64,000 bases of DNA from Candidatus Eiseniibacteriota bacterium (GCA_041483195.1 JBGPFC010000010.1:39448-103447); one strand, 5' to 3'; positions 8,541-18,471 are shown, counted from the first letter of the stretch. Numbers and translations are program-made. The notes: generated by a model from the sequence alone, not told the origin.

Positions 8541-10525
8541 CCCCGCCCCCGGCGCAGCACCAGCGTGCCGCTCGCGTGCAGCGCGCCGTGCCAACCGGAC
8601 GGCACCCACAGCGTGGCGCCGGATTGCGTGACGATCGCCGGCCCGCGCACCGCGCCGCGCGCGGCGAGCGCGTGCGGATCGAGGCACACCGCCTCGAGCC
8701 ATCGCCCGGCCTCGCGCACGCGCGCGCGAGCGACGCCGGACGCGACGACGGCGCCCGCCGCGAGTGCCCGGCGCGGCGCCGCATCGAGGACCGGCGTGCC
8801 CGGTGTGGCGCCGCGCACCTCGAGAGTCACCACCTCCACCGGGCGATCCGGGTGCGCGAATCCGAAGCGGCGCGCGTGCTCGCGATGGAAGCGCGCGACC
8901 AGGTCCGCGCCTGCGGGAAGCGAGAGCTCGTGGGATTGCCCGCGGTAACGCACCTCCGCCCAGCGCTCGATCGAATATCGCGCGCGCGCGCCGAACTCCG
9001 CGCGCACCTCGCGCTCCAGCGCCCGGAGCTGTCGCGCGATGGCGCGCGCATCGCCGGCCGGCGCGAGCACCGAGCGCCCGCGCTCGTGCCGCTCCCCGCC
9101 CGACAGCGCGCCGAGCGCGGAGAGCACGCCGGCATGGGGCGGGAACAGCACCGCAGCGCAGCCCAGCGCGCGAGCGAGCGAGCACGCGTGCAATCCGCCC
9201 GCGCCGCCGAACGCGACCAGCGCAGCGCCGCGCGGGTCGTGCCCGCGCTCGACCGAGACCGCGCGCAGCGCGGCCTCGATGCGCCCCTCCGCGACCGCCA
9301 CCACGCCTTCTGCGGCGGCGGACGCATCGCGGCCGCCGAGCGCCCGGCCCAGTCCCGCGAGGGCGCGAGTGGAGGCGTCGCGATCGAGCCGCAGCGCGCC
9401 GTCCGCGAGCGATGTGCCCGGGATCCGGCCCAGCACCACCAGCGCGTCGGTGACCGTCGCGAGCCCGCCGCGCCCGTAGCACGCGGGACCGGGATCGGCG
9501 CCGGCGCTCTGCGGCCCGACCCGCAGCAGCCCGCCCGCGTCCACCCGCGCGATCGATCCGCCCCCCGCGCCAACGGTGTGAACGTCGAGCAGCGGGAGCT
9601 GCACCGGGAATCCCGCGACCTCGCGCGCGCGCCGCCGCGGAAGCTCGCCGTCCACGAACGCGCAATCGGTGGAGGTTCCGCCCACGTCGAGCGTGAGCGT
9701 CCGCGCGAATCCACACGCGCGCGCCACCTCGCGTGCGGCGGCCAGCCCCGCGGCCGGGCCCGAGAGCAGCTGCCGCACCGGCTCGCGGGCGGCGTTCGAT
9801 GGCGACGCGACGCCGCCGTGCGAGAGCACGATCTCGAGCTTCGCGCGCGTGCCCGCCGCGAGCCTGCCGAGGTAGCGCGCGACCCGCGGCATGAGGTACG
9901 CGTTGGTGACCGTGGTCGCGAAACGTTCGTACTCGCGGATCTCGGGGCACAGCTCGGACGAGACGCTCACCGTGAATCCGGCACGCCGAAACGCGCGGGC
10001 GATGGCGCGCTCGTGGGCGGGATTCGCGTACGCGTGGAGCAGGCCGACCGCGATGGTCTCGGGCCTCCGCGCGCGCGCGGCGCGCAGGGCGCGGCGGATC
10101 GCGGCCGGGGTCAGACGCTCGAGCACCTCGCCGCGGGGACCGATGCGCTCCGCGACGCCCACCCGCCGCGCGGAGGGGACCAGCGGCTCGACCCGGCGCG
10201 TGCGAAGCGCGTACAGGTCGGGGCGGTCCTGCCGGGCGATCTCGATCAGGTCTTCGAAGCCCGCCGTGGTGAGCAGCGCGACGCGCGCGCCGCTGCGCTC
10301 CAGCAGGGTGTTGGTGGCCACCGTCGAACCGTGGCGCACGCGGGACGCGGCTCCCGCCTCGAGCCGCGCCAGCCCGGCAAGCACCGCGCGCTCCGGCGCC
10401 CGCGGCGTGGAGGGCAGCTTGAACGCGACCAGCGCGCCTCCCGAGCGCGCGACGAAATCGGTGAACGTGCCGCCGGTGTCCACCCCCACCACGCTCGCGG
10501 GCGGGTTTCGGGCGGCGCGTCTCAC
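8537..10525 (-). CDS. Hydantoinase A / 5-oxoprolinase ATP-binding subunit
   Basis: GVDTGGTFTD, HGSTVATN, SGPAAG, DVGGTSTD, VGAGGGSIA and SAGADPGPACY motifs; GTG start overlaps the upstream TGA. Confidence 0.92.
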   Translation of the reverse strand: MRRAARNPPASVVGVDTGGTFTDFVARSGGALVAFKLPSTPRAPERAVLAGLARLEAGAASRVRHGSTVATNTLLERSGARVALLTTAGFEDLIEIARQDRPDLYALRTRRVEPLVPSARRVGVAERIGPRGEVLERLTPAAIRRALRAARARRPETIAVGLLHAYANPAHERAIARAFRRAGFTVSVSSELCPEIREYERFATTVTNAYLMPRVARYLGRLAAGTRAKLEIVLSHGGVASPSNAAREPVRQLLSGPAAGLAAAREVARACGFARTLTLDVGGTSTDCAFVDGELPRRRAREVAGFPVQLPLLDVHTVGAGGGSIARVDAGGLLRVGPQSAGADPGPACYGRGGLATVTDALVVLGRIPGTSLADGALRLDRDASTRALAGLGRALGGRDASAAAEGVVAVAEGRIEAALRAVSVERGHDPRGAALVAFGGAGGLHACSLARALGCAAVLFPPHAGVLSALGALSGGERHERGRSVLAPAGDARAIARQLRALEREVRAEFGARARYSIERWAEVRYRGQSHELSLPAGADLVARFHREHARRFGFAHPDRPVEVVTLEVRGATPGTPVLDAAPRRALAAGAVVASGVARARVREAGRWLEAVCLDPHALAARGAVRGPAIVTQSGATLWVPSGWHGALHASGTLVLRRGRG

Positions 10526-11046
10526 GCCGGTCTCCGCGAACGGCGCCAGCGGTCGATCAGGACGCCCAGCACGATGATCGCGGTCGCCGCGATCAGCACC
10601 CAGGTCGGGATCGCGAGCTTGCGCCCCACCAGCGCGAGGGCGAAGTAGTAGGGGAGCGCGCCCAGATACACCGCGAGCGCGTAGAGCGGGGCCGGATAGT
10701 TCACCGCCGCCGCGACCAGCTTGAGCGGCGCGTCGGGCAGCGGCGTGGCGCGCGCCACCATCAGCGCGACGAACGACGCAGACGGATACGCGCGGGCGGC
10801 GTCCTGCAGCTTCTGCTTCGATGGCGCGAAGCGCCGCATCCACGGATGCGCGGAGCTCAACAGCCAGCGCAGCACGAGCAGCTGGAGCGCGCTGCCCAGC
10901 GCGCTCGCGGCGCCACCCACCACGGCCACCACCCACGGCTCGTGAAAATGCCCGTAGCGGAGCAACAGCGGAGTGGTCGCGAACGCGAAGGTCGCGCCGT
11001 CGAGCAGCAGCAGCAGACACAGCACCCAGATCGAATCGGCGCTCAC
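10522..11046 (-). CDS. DedA/VTT (SNARE-associated) family membrane protein
   Basis: Multiple hydrophobic segments and an RATPLPD re-entrant motif. Confidence 0.65.
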   Translation of the reverse strand: MSADSIWVLCLLLLLDGATFAFATTPLLLRYGHFHEPWVVAVVGGAASALGSALQLLVLRWLLSSAHPWMRRFAPSKQKLQDAARAYPSASFVALMVARATPLPDAPLKLVAAAVNYPAPLYALAVYLGALPYYFALALVGRKLAIPTWVLIAATAIIVLGVLIDRWRRSRRPA

Positions 11047-11130
11047 GCGCGACCGTCCCCGCTCGTCGTGGCATCGCCCCCCGCGCCCCGCGTCGTGCGG
11101 GGCGTGCGGCGGGCGACGTGCTCGCCTGCG

Positions 11131-12480
11131 TCAGCCCAGGGCGGGCGGTGCCGGCGGATCGACCGGCGGAGGCGCCGGCGGACTCATCGGCGGCTGCGCG
11201 GTTGCCGCGGCGACCGGAGGCGCCGCGATCACCGATTCCGCGGCCGTGCGCGAAGCGCGCCGGCCCCAGAGCCGCGACAGCATGCCCGACTCGAACTCGA
11301 CACGCAGCCAGGCGCCCGACCCGAGCAGCGTCACGACCGAGAACGTCAGAAACGCGGCCACCCGGAACAGCGTGCCGATGGCGCCGAGCCCGACCTGATG
11401 CAGCAGCGTACCCACCAGGCCGGCGCCACTGATGAGCAGCACGCCATAGAGCGCGGCCCGCGTCAAGCTCACGGGGCCGGGTCCCTGCCGGGCGGCAACT
11501 CGTTCGCCGAGCGCGGTGGCTCCCACCACGAACCCCCATACCCACAGCAGGGCGAGGAAGCAGAAGTATCCGAGCAGCGCGGCCACCGCGAGCGGGATCC
11601 CGATGATCGTGATGCAGAGCAGCGCGGCGACCAGCGCGAGCGCGACGATCGACGGCACGGCGAGAATCACGGCGAGGAAACCGGTGAGCGCCGCGCTCCC
11701 CGGCTCGCGCTTGAGGCTCGCAAGCGCCGCGCCGGTGCGGCCCGGGGCGAGAGCGGCCAGCATCCAGGCGAACAACAGGGTGATCACCAGCCACACCATC
11801 GAGGCGGCGATGTGAGCGCCCCGCCGGGCCTGATCCATGGCGATGCTGCGCGGGAAGTGGCGCCGGCCCTTGCCGATCGCGGTCACGCGCTGGCCGCCGA
11901 TCGAGGAGCCCTCTTCCTCGTGAAGCTCGCCGCCCATGCACACGACGTCACCATCGACCCGTGCCGTCGAATTGAGCGTGACGTCCCCGCCCATCGCCAC
12001 GACGTCGCCTTCGACGTGGCCGTCGACGACCACGTCACCGCCCACCGCCATCACGTCACCCACCACCACCTGTTCGGACTCGATGTGGATGTCCGCGCCG
12101 ACCCGCATGATGTTGCCGGACTTGCCGAACGTGATCTGGTTCGAGCCAGCATCCAGGGGCGGGGCATGCGCCGTCGGTGCTTCAGGCGCCTCGGACGCCG
12201 AGGGCGCGGGCGGCGGCGATGGCGCGCCGCGCCGGCGCGGACGGGCGGCCTCGATGCGCGCGGCGCTCTCGGGCGACACCGGCTTGAACTCGAGCACTTC
12301 CTGTGCGCCCGCCGGAGTGCCGAGGGACCACGCGAGCGCCGAGAGCGCGCGATGCCGCGCGCCGTGCACCACTCGCGCGAACGGACCCACCATGCGCGCG
12401 GGATGCGACATCATTCCCGCCGCCAGCAGGGTGGCGCCGGCAACCAGCGCCAGAACGAGCAACGCGGGGAGTCGTCGCAT
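11131..12480 (-). CDS. Membrane protein with a bactofilin/polymer-forming-like beta-helix region and multi-TM C-terminus
   Basis: Signal peptide; repeated GDVxAxGGDV units; about six TM helices; Pro-rich tail. Confidence 0.7.
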   Translation of the reverse strand: MRRLPALLVLALVAGATLLAAGMMSHPARMVGPFARVVHGARHRALSALAWSLGTPAGAQEVLEFKPVSPESAARIEAARPRRRGAPSPPPAPSASEAPEAPTAHAPPLDAGSNQITFGKSGNIMRVGADIHIESEQVVVGDVMAVGGDVVVDGHVEGDVVAMGGDVTLNSTARVDGDVVCMGGELHEEEGSSIGGQRVTAIGKGRRHFPRSIAMDQARRGAHIAASMVWLVITLLFAWMLAALAPGRTGAALASLKREPGSAALTGFLAVILAVPSIVALALVAALLCITIIGIPLAVAALLGYFCFLALLWVWGFVVGATALGERVAARQGPGPVSLTRAALYGVLLISGAGLVGTLLHQVGLGAIGTLFRVAAFLTFSVVTLLGSGAWLRVEFESGMLSRLWGRRASRTAAESVIAAPPVAAATAQPPMSPPAPPPVDPPAPPALG

Positions 12481-12482
12481 GA

Positions 12483-13547
12483 TCAATTGCCTCCGGCCAA
12501 CAGGTGGATGTCACCGGACGAGCTGCGCAGGACGACCGGGGCCGTCCCCTGTCGCACGCGTCCGGTCACGAGATGACGCGTCACGGTCTTCACTTCGAGC
12601 GGCAGGTCGGTGTTCAGCGCCCCGTTCGAGGTGCGCAGCTCGAGCTCGCAGCCCAGACCCGGGGCGAGGCCCACGGTGATGTCGCCACTGCCGGTGGAGA
12701 TGTCGGCGCGGCGCAGCGGGGAGACCAGGCGCAGGTCGACGTCGCCGCTCGAGGCTCCGATCCTCACGATGCCGGATCCCGCCCGCACCTGGATGTCGCC
12801 ACTGGTGGTGGTCGCGCTCAGGCCGCGCGGCGCGCGATCGACGTGAATATCGCCGCTCACCGAGCCGAGCACCAGCGAATCGGTGGCGCCGCGCACGGTC
12901 AGGTCGCCGCTCGTGGTGTGCACATCGAGCGGGCCGGCGACCTCGGACGCGACCACGTCGCCGCTGACGGTGCGCAATACGCCGGCCGCCATGCCGCTCA
13001 GCTCGAGGTCGCCGCTGGTGCTCTCGGCCCGCAGCGGGCCCCGCGCATCCGCGACGCTGATGTCGCCGCTGGTGGTCTGCACGTCCTGGATGGCGGCCAG
13101 CCCCTCGGTCTGAATGTCGCCGCTGGTCGAACGCAGCACGAGCGGCAGGGTGGGTGGAACTGAGACGGTGAGCCGCACCTCGACGACCGGGAGCTCGAGC
13201 CCGCAGAACATCTGCCAGAAGCTGATGTGAATCGACTCCCGCTGAGGATAACGAACCCGGACGTCGCAGCGTCCGCCCTCGGTGGCGAGCGTCACCTGGG
13301 TCTCGCGCGCGATCTCGGCGGCCCGCTCGCGGCTGGCCGAGCGCACGATCTTGAGGGCGGTGAGGTGGATCTGGCCGTCGGTGCTGGGGAGGATGTGGAC
13401 CAGACCACGTGGGTTCTCCACCCGCAGGCTCGCGATGCCGTGCGCGTCCAGGACCCGGCCGCTCTGCTCGCGCAGGGCCTCGCCCGCGGTCGCGGGGGCC
13501 GCCAGCACGGCGAGCCAAGCGATGACGGTGAGGATCGTGGATTTCAC
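12483..13547 (-). CDS. DUF4097 beta-strand repeat (adhesin-like) exported protein
   Basis: AGGAGG RBS and GTG start; signal peptide; many T/S-S-G-D-I/V repeats. Confidence 0.85.
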   Translation of the reverse strand: MKSTILTVIAWLAVLAAPATAGEALREQSGRVLDAHGIASLRVENPRGLVHILPSTDGQIHLTALKIVRSASRERAAEIARETQVTLATEGGRCDVRVRYPQRESIHISFWQMFCGLELPVVEVRLTVSVPPTLPLVLRSTSGDIQTEGLAAIQDVQTTSGDISVADARGPLRAESTSGDLELSGMAAGVLRTVSGDVVASEVAGPLDVHTTSGDLTVRGATDSLVLGSVSGDIHVDRAPRGLSATTTSGDIQVRAGSGIVRIGASSGDVDLRLVSPLRRADISTGSGDITVGLAPGLGCELELRTSNGALNTDLPLEVKTVTRHLVTGRVRQGTAPVVLRSSSGDIHLLAGGN

Positions 13548-13730
13548 GGCGTCTGCCCTCCTGGTACGCCCGCCTCTACGCGGCGCCGGGGCCGCGGGTT
13601 GCGCCGATCGAGCCATGGCGGGCGCGAGGGCCAGGGGGGGCGGCGCCCCATTTCGCATGGCCGATCCACGCGCCGACCCGGCGCGAGGCGTGCCCGCGCG
13701 GCCGGCGCGGGGGTGGCGCGAAGCGGGATG

Positions 13731-13770
13731 AAGAGGGGGAGCACCCGGATCCGGATGCCCCCCCCGTTTT
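13731..13770 (-). terminator. Rho-independent terminator-like hairpin downstream of the small lipoprotein gene
   Basis: Arms gggggagcacccgga / tccggatgccccccc flanked by aagag and gtttt. Confidence 0.6.
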
Positions 13771-13801
13771 CGGCACTGCATCATGCAATGAAGACTGGCG
13801 G

Positions 13802-13978
13802 CTACTGGTGCATCGAGGTGTCGGCCATGGTGCTTTCGGGCGCGGCCTCGGTCGTCGTGGTCGTCGTCGTGGTCGGTGCCGCAGACTCCTCGCTGCTCTT
13901 CTTGCTGCAGCCCATCACCGCGACAGCCAGAGCCAGCGCCACCAGGGCGATCAATGCCAGAGCGGAAATTTTCCTCAT
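13802..13978 (-). CDS. Small (58 aa) Thr-rich lipoprotein
   Basis: AGGAGGT RBS; MRK + hydrophobic stretch + VMGC lipobox, then poly-Thr. An alternative GTG start lies at 13987. Confidence 0.75.
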   Translation of the reverse strand: MRKISALALIALVALALAVAVMGCSKKSSEESAAPTTTTTTTTEAAPESTMADTSMHQ

Positions 13979-14212
13979 CGGGTTCACGTTCACCTCCTCT
14001 CGGTCTTGCCGCCTGAGAGCAAACGCCAGGCTCCCCGGCGACCCCGTTCATTTTGAATTGGAATCGAAGACACAGAAGCAACACCACGCGTGAGCGGTGT
14101 CGGGGCTGGCGACGTCCCTGTTGCGCTGCCGAAGCAAGGATGAGGAGCTGTCGCGAGACCTTGAAGCGCACGCGCTCGGGGACGAGGGCACTTCAATCCA
14201 TAAGCGCGCGAA

Positions 14213-14241
14213 AGGCTAGGGTGGCACCCCCCGCTTGTCAA
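14213..14241 (-). promoter_or_regulatory. sigma70-type promoter for the small lipoprotein gene
   Basis: TTGACA-N17-TAGCCT on the minus strand. Confidence 0.65.
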
Positions 14242-14338
14242 CCTCGATTTTGGAAAGAAATCCCCCCGAATCCTCCGGAATCGCCGTCCGGCACGGCCTG
14301 GCCCGCCCGGATCGCGGCCGCGCGGTGCTTCGCGAATC

Positions 14339-15520
14339 TCAGCCCCCGCTCCCCTCGAGCGCCTGCTCGAGGTCCGCGCGAAGATCCGCGACGTCTTCGA
14401 TCCCCACCGAGAGCCGCAGCAGCCCATCGGCGAATCCCATCGCGAGCCGCGTCTCGCGGGGGACCGAGGCGTGGGTCATGGACGCCGGGTGGCATACCAG
14501 GCTCTCGACCCCGCCCAGGCTCTCGGCGCGGGTGAACAGCCGGAACCGATCGAAGACTCGCCGGCCGCTCTCCAGCGATCCGTCGCCGGGGATGAACGAG
14601 ATCATGCCCCCGAATCCCGAAGCCTGGCGGCGCGCGAGCGCGTGCTGCGGATGACTCTCGAGTCCGGGATAGAACACCGCGCTGACGCGCGGATGTGCCT
14701 CGAGCACCGCCGCGAGCGAGCGCGCATTCTCATCGTGCCGCTGCATGCGCACCGCGAGCGTCTTCGTGCCCCGCAGCGCGAGCCAGCAGTCCATCGGCCC
14801 CGGCACCGCGCCCGCCGCGTTCTGGAGAAACCGGATCTGCTCGGCGAGCGGCTCGTCGCTGGTGATCAGCGCCCCGCCCACCATGTCGCTGTGCCCGTTC
14901 AGGTACTTGGTCACCGAGTGGACCACGACATCGGCGCCGGCCGCCAGCGGGCGCTGGAAGAACGGGGTCATGAACGTGTTGTCCACCACGACCCGGATGC
15001 CGCGCCGGTGGGCGCGCGCGCTCACGTCGGCGATGTCGGTGATCTGCATCATCGGGTTGGTGGGCGTCTCGATGAACACCAGCCGGGTCTCGGGCCGGAT
15101 GGCCGCCTCGACCCCCGCGGCATCCGCGGCGGGTACGAACGTGAAACCGAGCCCCAGCCGCTTGAACACGCGTTCGAACAGCCGATAGGTGCCACCGTAC
15201 AGATTGTCGCCGGCGACCACGTGATCGCCCGCCGACAGCGTATGCATCAGCGTCGTGGTCGCCGCCAGCCCCGACGCGAAGCAGAAGCCGTGGCGCCCGC
15301 CCTCGAGCGCGGCCAGGTTGTTCTCGAGCGCGGAGCGCGTGGCGTTGTGGGTGCGCGCGTATTCGAAGCCCTTGTTGCGGCCGAGCGCCTCCTGCGCGTA
15401 AGTCGAGGTCTGATAGATCGGCACCGTGACCGCGCCGGTGGTGGGATCGGGCTCCTGTCCCGCGTGGATCGCCAGCGTGCTGAAGCCCGACCGCGGCCTC
15501 ACCGCCCCTTCTCCGCCCAT
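14339..15520 (-). CDS. Cystathionine gamma-lyase/synthase (PLP, Cys/Met metabolism)
   Basis: IYQTSTY, YAR, IETPTNP, VDNTF, HSVTKYLNGHSD, AESLGGVESL and RLSVGIED motifs; TGATG coupling to cbs. Confidence 0.92.
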   Translation of the reverse strand: MGGEGAVRPRSGFSTLAIHAGQEPDPTTGAVTVPIYQTSTYAQEALGRNKGFEYARTHNATRSALENNLAALEGGRHGFCFASGLAATTTLMHTLSAGDHVVAGDNLYGGTYRLFERVFKRLGLGFTFVPAADAAGVEAAIRPETRLVFIETPTNPMMQITDIADVSARAHRRGIRVVVDNTFMTPFFQRPLAAGADVVVHSVTKYLNGHSDMVGGALITSDEPLAEQIRFLQNAAGAVPGPMDCWLALRGTKTLAVRMQRHDENARSLAAVLEAHPRVSAVFYPGLESHPQHALARRQASGFGGMISFIPGDGSLESGRRVFDRFRLFTRAESLGGVESLVCHPASMTHASVPRETRLAMGFADGLLRLSVGIEDVADLRADLEQALEGSGG

Positions 15521-16911
15521 CACACCCCTCCCGCGATGAAGTGGAGCATGTCGAACCGCGTCAGGATGCCGGTCACCGCGCCGTCCTCGCTCACCAGCAC
15601 CGCCGGGTTGCGGCTCGCGAGCAGGCGCGTGACCTGCGCGACCGGCTCGTCGCTCTTCACGACCGGCAGCGGCTCGCCCATCAGGGACTCGACCGGCTGA
15701 TCGAGCGTCGAGGAATCCGCGAGCACGCGCTTCAGGATCTCGCTGTCGACGAGCGTGCCCACCACCTCGGCTCCGCGCAACACCGGAATCTGCGAGATGT
15801 CGTGCTGCTGGACCAGCGCGAGCGCCCGGCGGAGCGGCTCGCCGACCTGCACCGTGAGCAGCCGCGGCGACTGCCGGCCCTTGATGCCGAGCACGTCGGC
15901 GACCCGCGTCGCGGCGGGATCGAGCAGGTGATTGTCGCGCATCCACTCGTCGCTGTGCACCTTCGTGAGGTAGCGCTCGCCGGTGTCGGGGAGCAGCACC
16001 ACCACCAGCGCGTCGGCCGTCAGATCCTTCGCGACCTGGAGCGCGACCCACACCGCCATCCCCGACGATCCGCCGACGAAGATCGCCTCCTCACGCGCGA
16101 GACGGCGCGCCATGTTGAGCCCGTCGCGGTCGTTGCACGCGACGACCTGGTCGATCACCGAGAAGTCGGTGGCGGTCGGGATGAAGTCCTCGCCGACGCC
16201 CTCGATCTTGTAGGGATGCGCCTCCGCCATCTCGTGCGTCTCGTGATAGTGCTTGAGGATCGACCCCACCGGGTCGGCCCCGATCACGCGCACGCGGGGG
16301 TTCTTCTCCTTGAGATAGCGCCCGGTCCCGGTGATGGTGCCCCCGGTCCCCATGCCGCACACGAAGTGCGTGATCTTCCCAGCGGTCTGCTCCCACAGCT
16401 CGGGGCCGGTGCTGGCGTAATGGGCCTGCGGATTCGCGGGGTTGTGATACTGGTCGGTCAGAAACGCGCCCGGGCGCTCTGCGGCGATGCGCTTCGCGAC
16501 CGAGTAGTACGACTGAGGGGAGTCGGGCGGGACCGCGGTCGGCGAGAGCATCACCTCCGCGCCGAATGCCTTGAGCAGATTGACCTTCTCGCTCGACACC
16601 TTGTCCGGCATGCAGAAGACGGCGCGGTAGCCCTTGATCACCGCCACCATCGCGAGTCCGAGCCCGGTGTTTCCCGATGTGCACTCGACGATGGTTCCCC
16701 CGGGCTTGAGCTTGCCCGCGCGCTCCGCGCTCTCCACCATCGCGAGCCCGATGCGATCCTTGACGCTTCCGCCGGGATTGAAGAACTCGAGCTTCGCGAG
16801 CACCGGGGCCGCGCTCTGCCGCGCGACGCCACCGAGCCGCACCAGCGGCGTGCGCCCGACGGTCTCGAGGATGTTCTCGTGGTAGCGCACACCGTCCAGG
16901 ACGTGACTCAC
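15520..16911 (-). CDS. cbs: Cystathionine beta-synthase with C-terminal CBS domains
   Basis: NPGGSVKDR, SGNTG, GTGGT, IEGVGEDF and PDTGERYLTK motifs, plus tandem CBS domains. Confidence 0.92.
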   Translation of the reverse strand: MSHVLDGVRYHENILETVGRTPLVRLGGVARQSAAPVLAKLEFFNPGGSVKDRIGLAMVESAERAGKLKPGGTIVECTSGNTGLGLAMVAVIKGYRAVFCMPDKVSSEKVNLLKAFGAEVMLSPTAVPPDSPQSYYSVAKRIAAERPGAFLTDQYHNPANPQAHYASTGPELWEQTAGKITHFVCGMGTGGTITGTGRYLKEKNPRVRVIGADPVGSILKHYHETHEMAEAHPYKIEGVGEDFIPTATDFSVIDQVVACNDRDGLNMARRLAREEAIFVGGSSGMAVWVALQVAKDLTADALVVVLLPDTGERYLTKVHSDEWMRDNHLLDPAATRVADVLGIKGRQSPRLLTVQVGEPLRRALALVQQHDISQIPVLRGAEVVGTLVDSEILKRVLADSSTLDQPVESLMGEPLPVVKSDEPVAQVTRLLASRNPAVLVSEDGAVTGILTRFDMLHFIAGGV

Positions 16912-17022
16912 GGGGAACAGACTCCTGTCGAAGATGGGCCTTGCGGATTCGGCTGGCGGCCGGCGCGCCTGTTCGCGGCCGCGTGGGGTGCGGCCAGGCC
17001 GCGCACTCTGGGCCGGACCGGC

Positions 17023-17051
17023 AGATTAGGCGCGGGGCTTTTCGCGGTCAA
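17023..17051 (-). promoter_or_regulatory. sigma70-type promoter upstream of cbs
   Basis: TTGACC-N17-TAATCT on the minus strand. Confidence 0.55.
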
Positions 17052-17118
17052 GCGGGCGGACTCGGGGTCCGCGGCCGGACGAGGCGGGCGCGCCCGCGGT
17101 GGTGGGGCGCGCCCGGCG

Positions 17119-18471
17119 CTAGTGGATGATCTTCGACCGCTTCTGGGCGAAGTTCCAGCTCGGATCGTTGTCGCCCTGGTGGCAGGTGACGCACACCTGC
17201 TCTGTGACGGCGCGATGCTCCTTCGTGTAGGCGTCGTGCTGGGTTCCCATGCCGTGGCAACTTTCGCACTGGACGTTGACGAGCGCCGGCGATTCGCTGG
17301 CATTCACGAATCCGCCTGGCTTCTTGTAGCCCACCACGTGGCACGAGACGCAATCGGACGACGTGTCCTTGTGGTTGTCGATCAGCGTCTGCCAGGCACG
17401 CGCGTGGGGCGTCGTCTTCCATTGCTCGGCCTGCTGGGCGTGGCAGCGAGTGCAGACCTCGGCGCCCACGAACTTGTCGGGGCTGTTCTCGAGATCCTTC
17501 TGGGCCTGCTGCACGACCTGTTCCTTCTCGCGCTTGCGCAGTTTCTCGTTCCAACTGTCGTCGAACAGCTTGACCATCTGCGCGATCTCGGGCTTCTCGC
17601 CGACCTCGGGCCCGAGGATGAAGGTCTCGTTGTCGCCGGTCGTCACGTGGCGCTTCGCGTCGAGCGCGAGCACGGTGCGCCCGATGTACTGGCCCTGCTC
17701 GCCGCCGTAGCAAGCGACCGTGGTCTTGATGAGACGGCCCTTCTGGAGCATCGGCGCGTTGCGTCCGACGATCAGCGCGTCGATGCCGTCCACCGCGGTC
17801 ACCAGGTCTTCGCTCTCGACCTTGCCGAGCTGCGAGAGCAGCACGATGACCGTCGCGCCCTTCTTGCGCATCTCGGCCACGGCCGCCTTGGCCGCCGCGA
17901 CCGGATCCTGGACGACGAGCGAGTCGCGGGCCGGGCCGAGGTCCACTTTGTCGCTGATGACTCCCATGATGCCGAGCGTGGCCGTTCCCACCTTCTTGAC
18001 GACGTAGGGCTGGAGCACGGGCTTCTTCGTCTTCTTGTCCATCAGGTTGACGCACACGACCGGGAGATGGTCGGCCGCGGCGCGCGACTTGATGAACGCG
18101 AGCCCGTAGCGCAGATCACGATCGCCCACGCCCACCGCGTCGGTGCCGAGCACCTTCATCGCGTCCATCAGGAACCAGGCGACGTCCTCGTACTGATCCT
18201 GCTCCGGGAAGTAGCCGCCGTTGTCGACGAGCACCACCTGTCCGTACTGCGCCTTGATGCTGTCCGTGAAGCTGGCCCGCCGGGCCAGTCCGCCCTTGGG
18301 GGTGTGTCAGCCACAGGGACCGGTCTTGCCCTTCACGTCGGTGGTCGAAAGGATGATGACCTTGTCGGGCTCGAGCGTGGAGTGACTGGCCGTCGTGGCG
18401 CCCGAGAGCATGACCCACAACAGGACGGCCATCACGGCGGACGCGAGCAGGCGGGAAGCCAGCGACTTCAT
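17119..18471 (-). CDS. Putative selenoprotein: UshA/5'-nucleotidase-like domain (CGU motif) fused to a tetraheme cytochrome c554-like domain, 450 aa
   Basis: ATG at 18471 gives signal peptide MKSLASRLLASAVMAVLLWVMLSGA..., then ILSTTDVKGKTGPCG-TGA(18309-18307)-HTPKGGLARRAS, in frame with track ORF 17119..18237. Four heme motifs: CTRCH, CVSCH, CESCH, CVTCH. Confidence 0.85.
18268..18291 (-). promoter_or_regulatory. Bacterial SECIS-like hairpin
   Basis: mRNA CUGGCCC-GGC-GGGCCAG (18288-18272) starts 18 nt after the UGA and has a G-starting apical loop; the stem can be extended by GGA/UUC pairs. Confidence 0.7.

Noticed and set aside
14000..14045. Possible glycine riboswitch (CGCCG...CTCTCAGG in the lipoprotein leader)
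   Set aside because: It lacks the GGAGA and CCGAAG elements and a second aptamer, and the downstream gene is unrelated to glycine. Kept only as an unclassified structured leader.
18307..18309. Treating the in-frame TGA as a pseudogene-forming nonsense mutation or as a genome-wide alternative code
   Set aside because: The CG-TGA context, downstream hairpin and intact flanking domains favour Sec. TGA is used as a normal stop in many other genes here.
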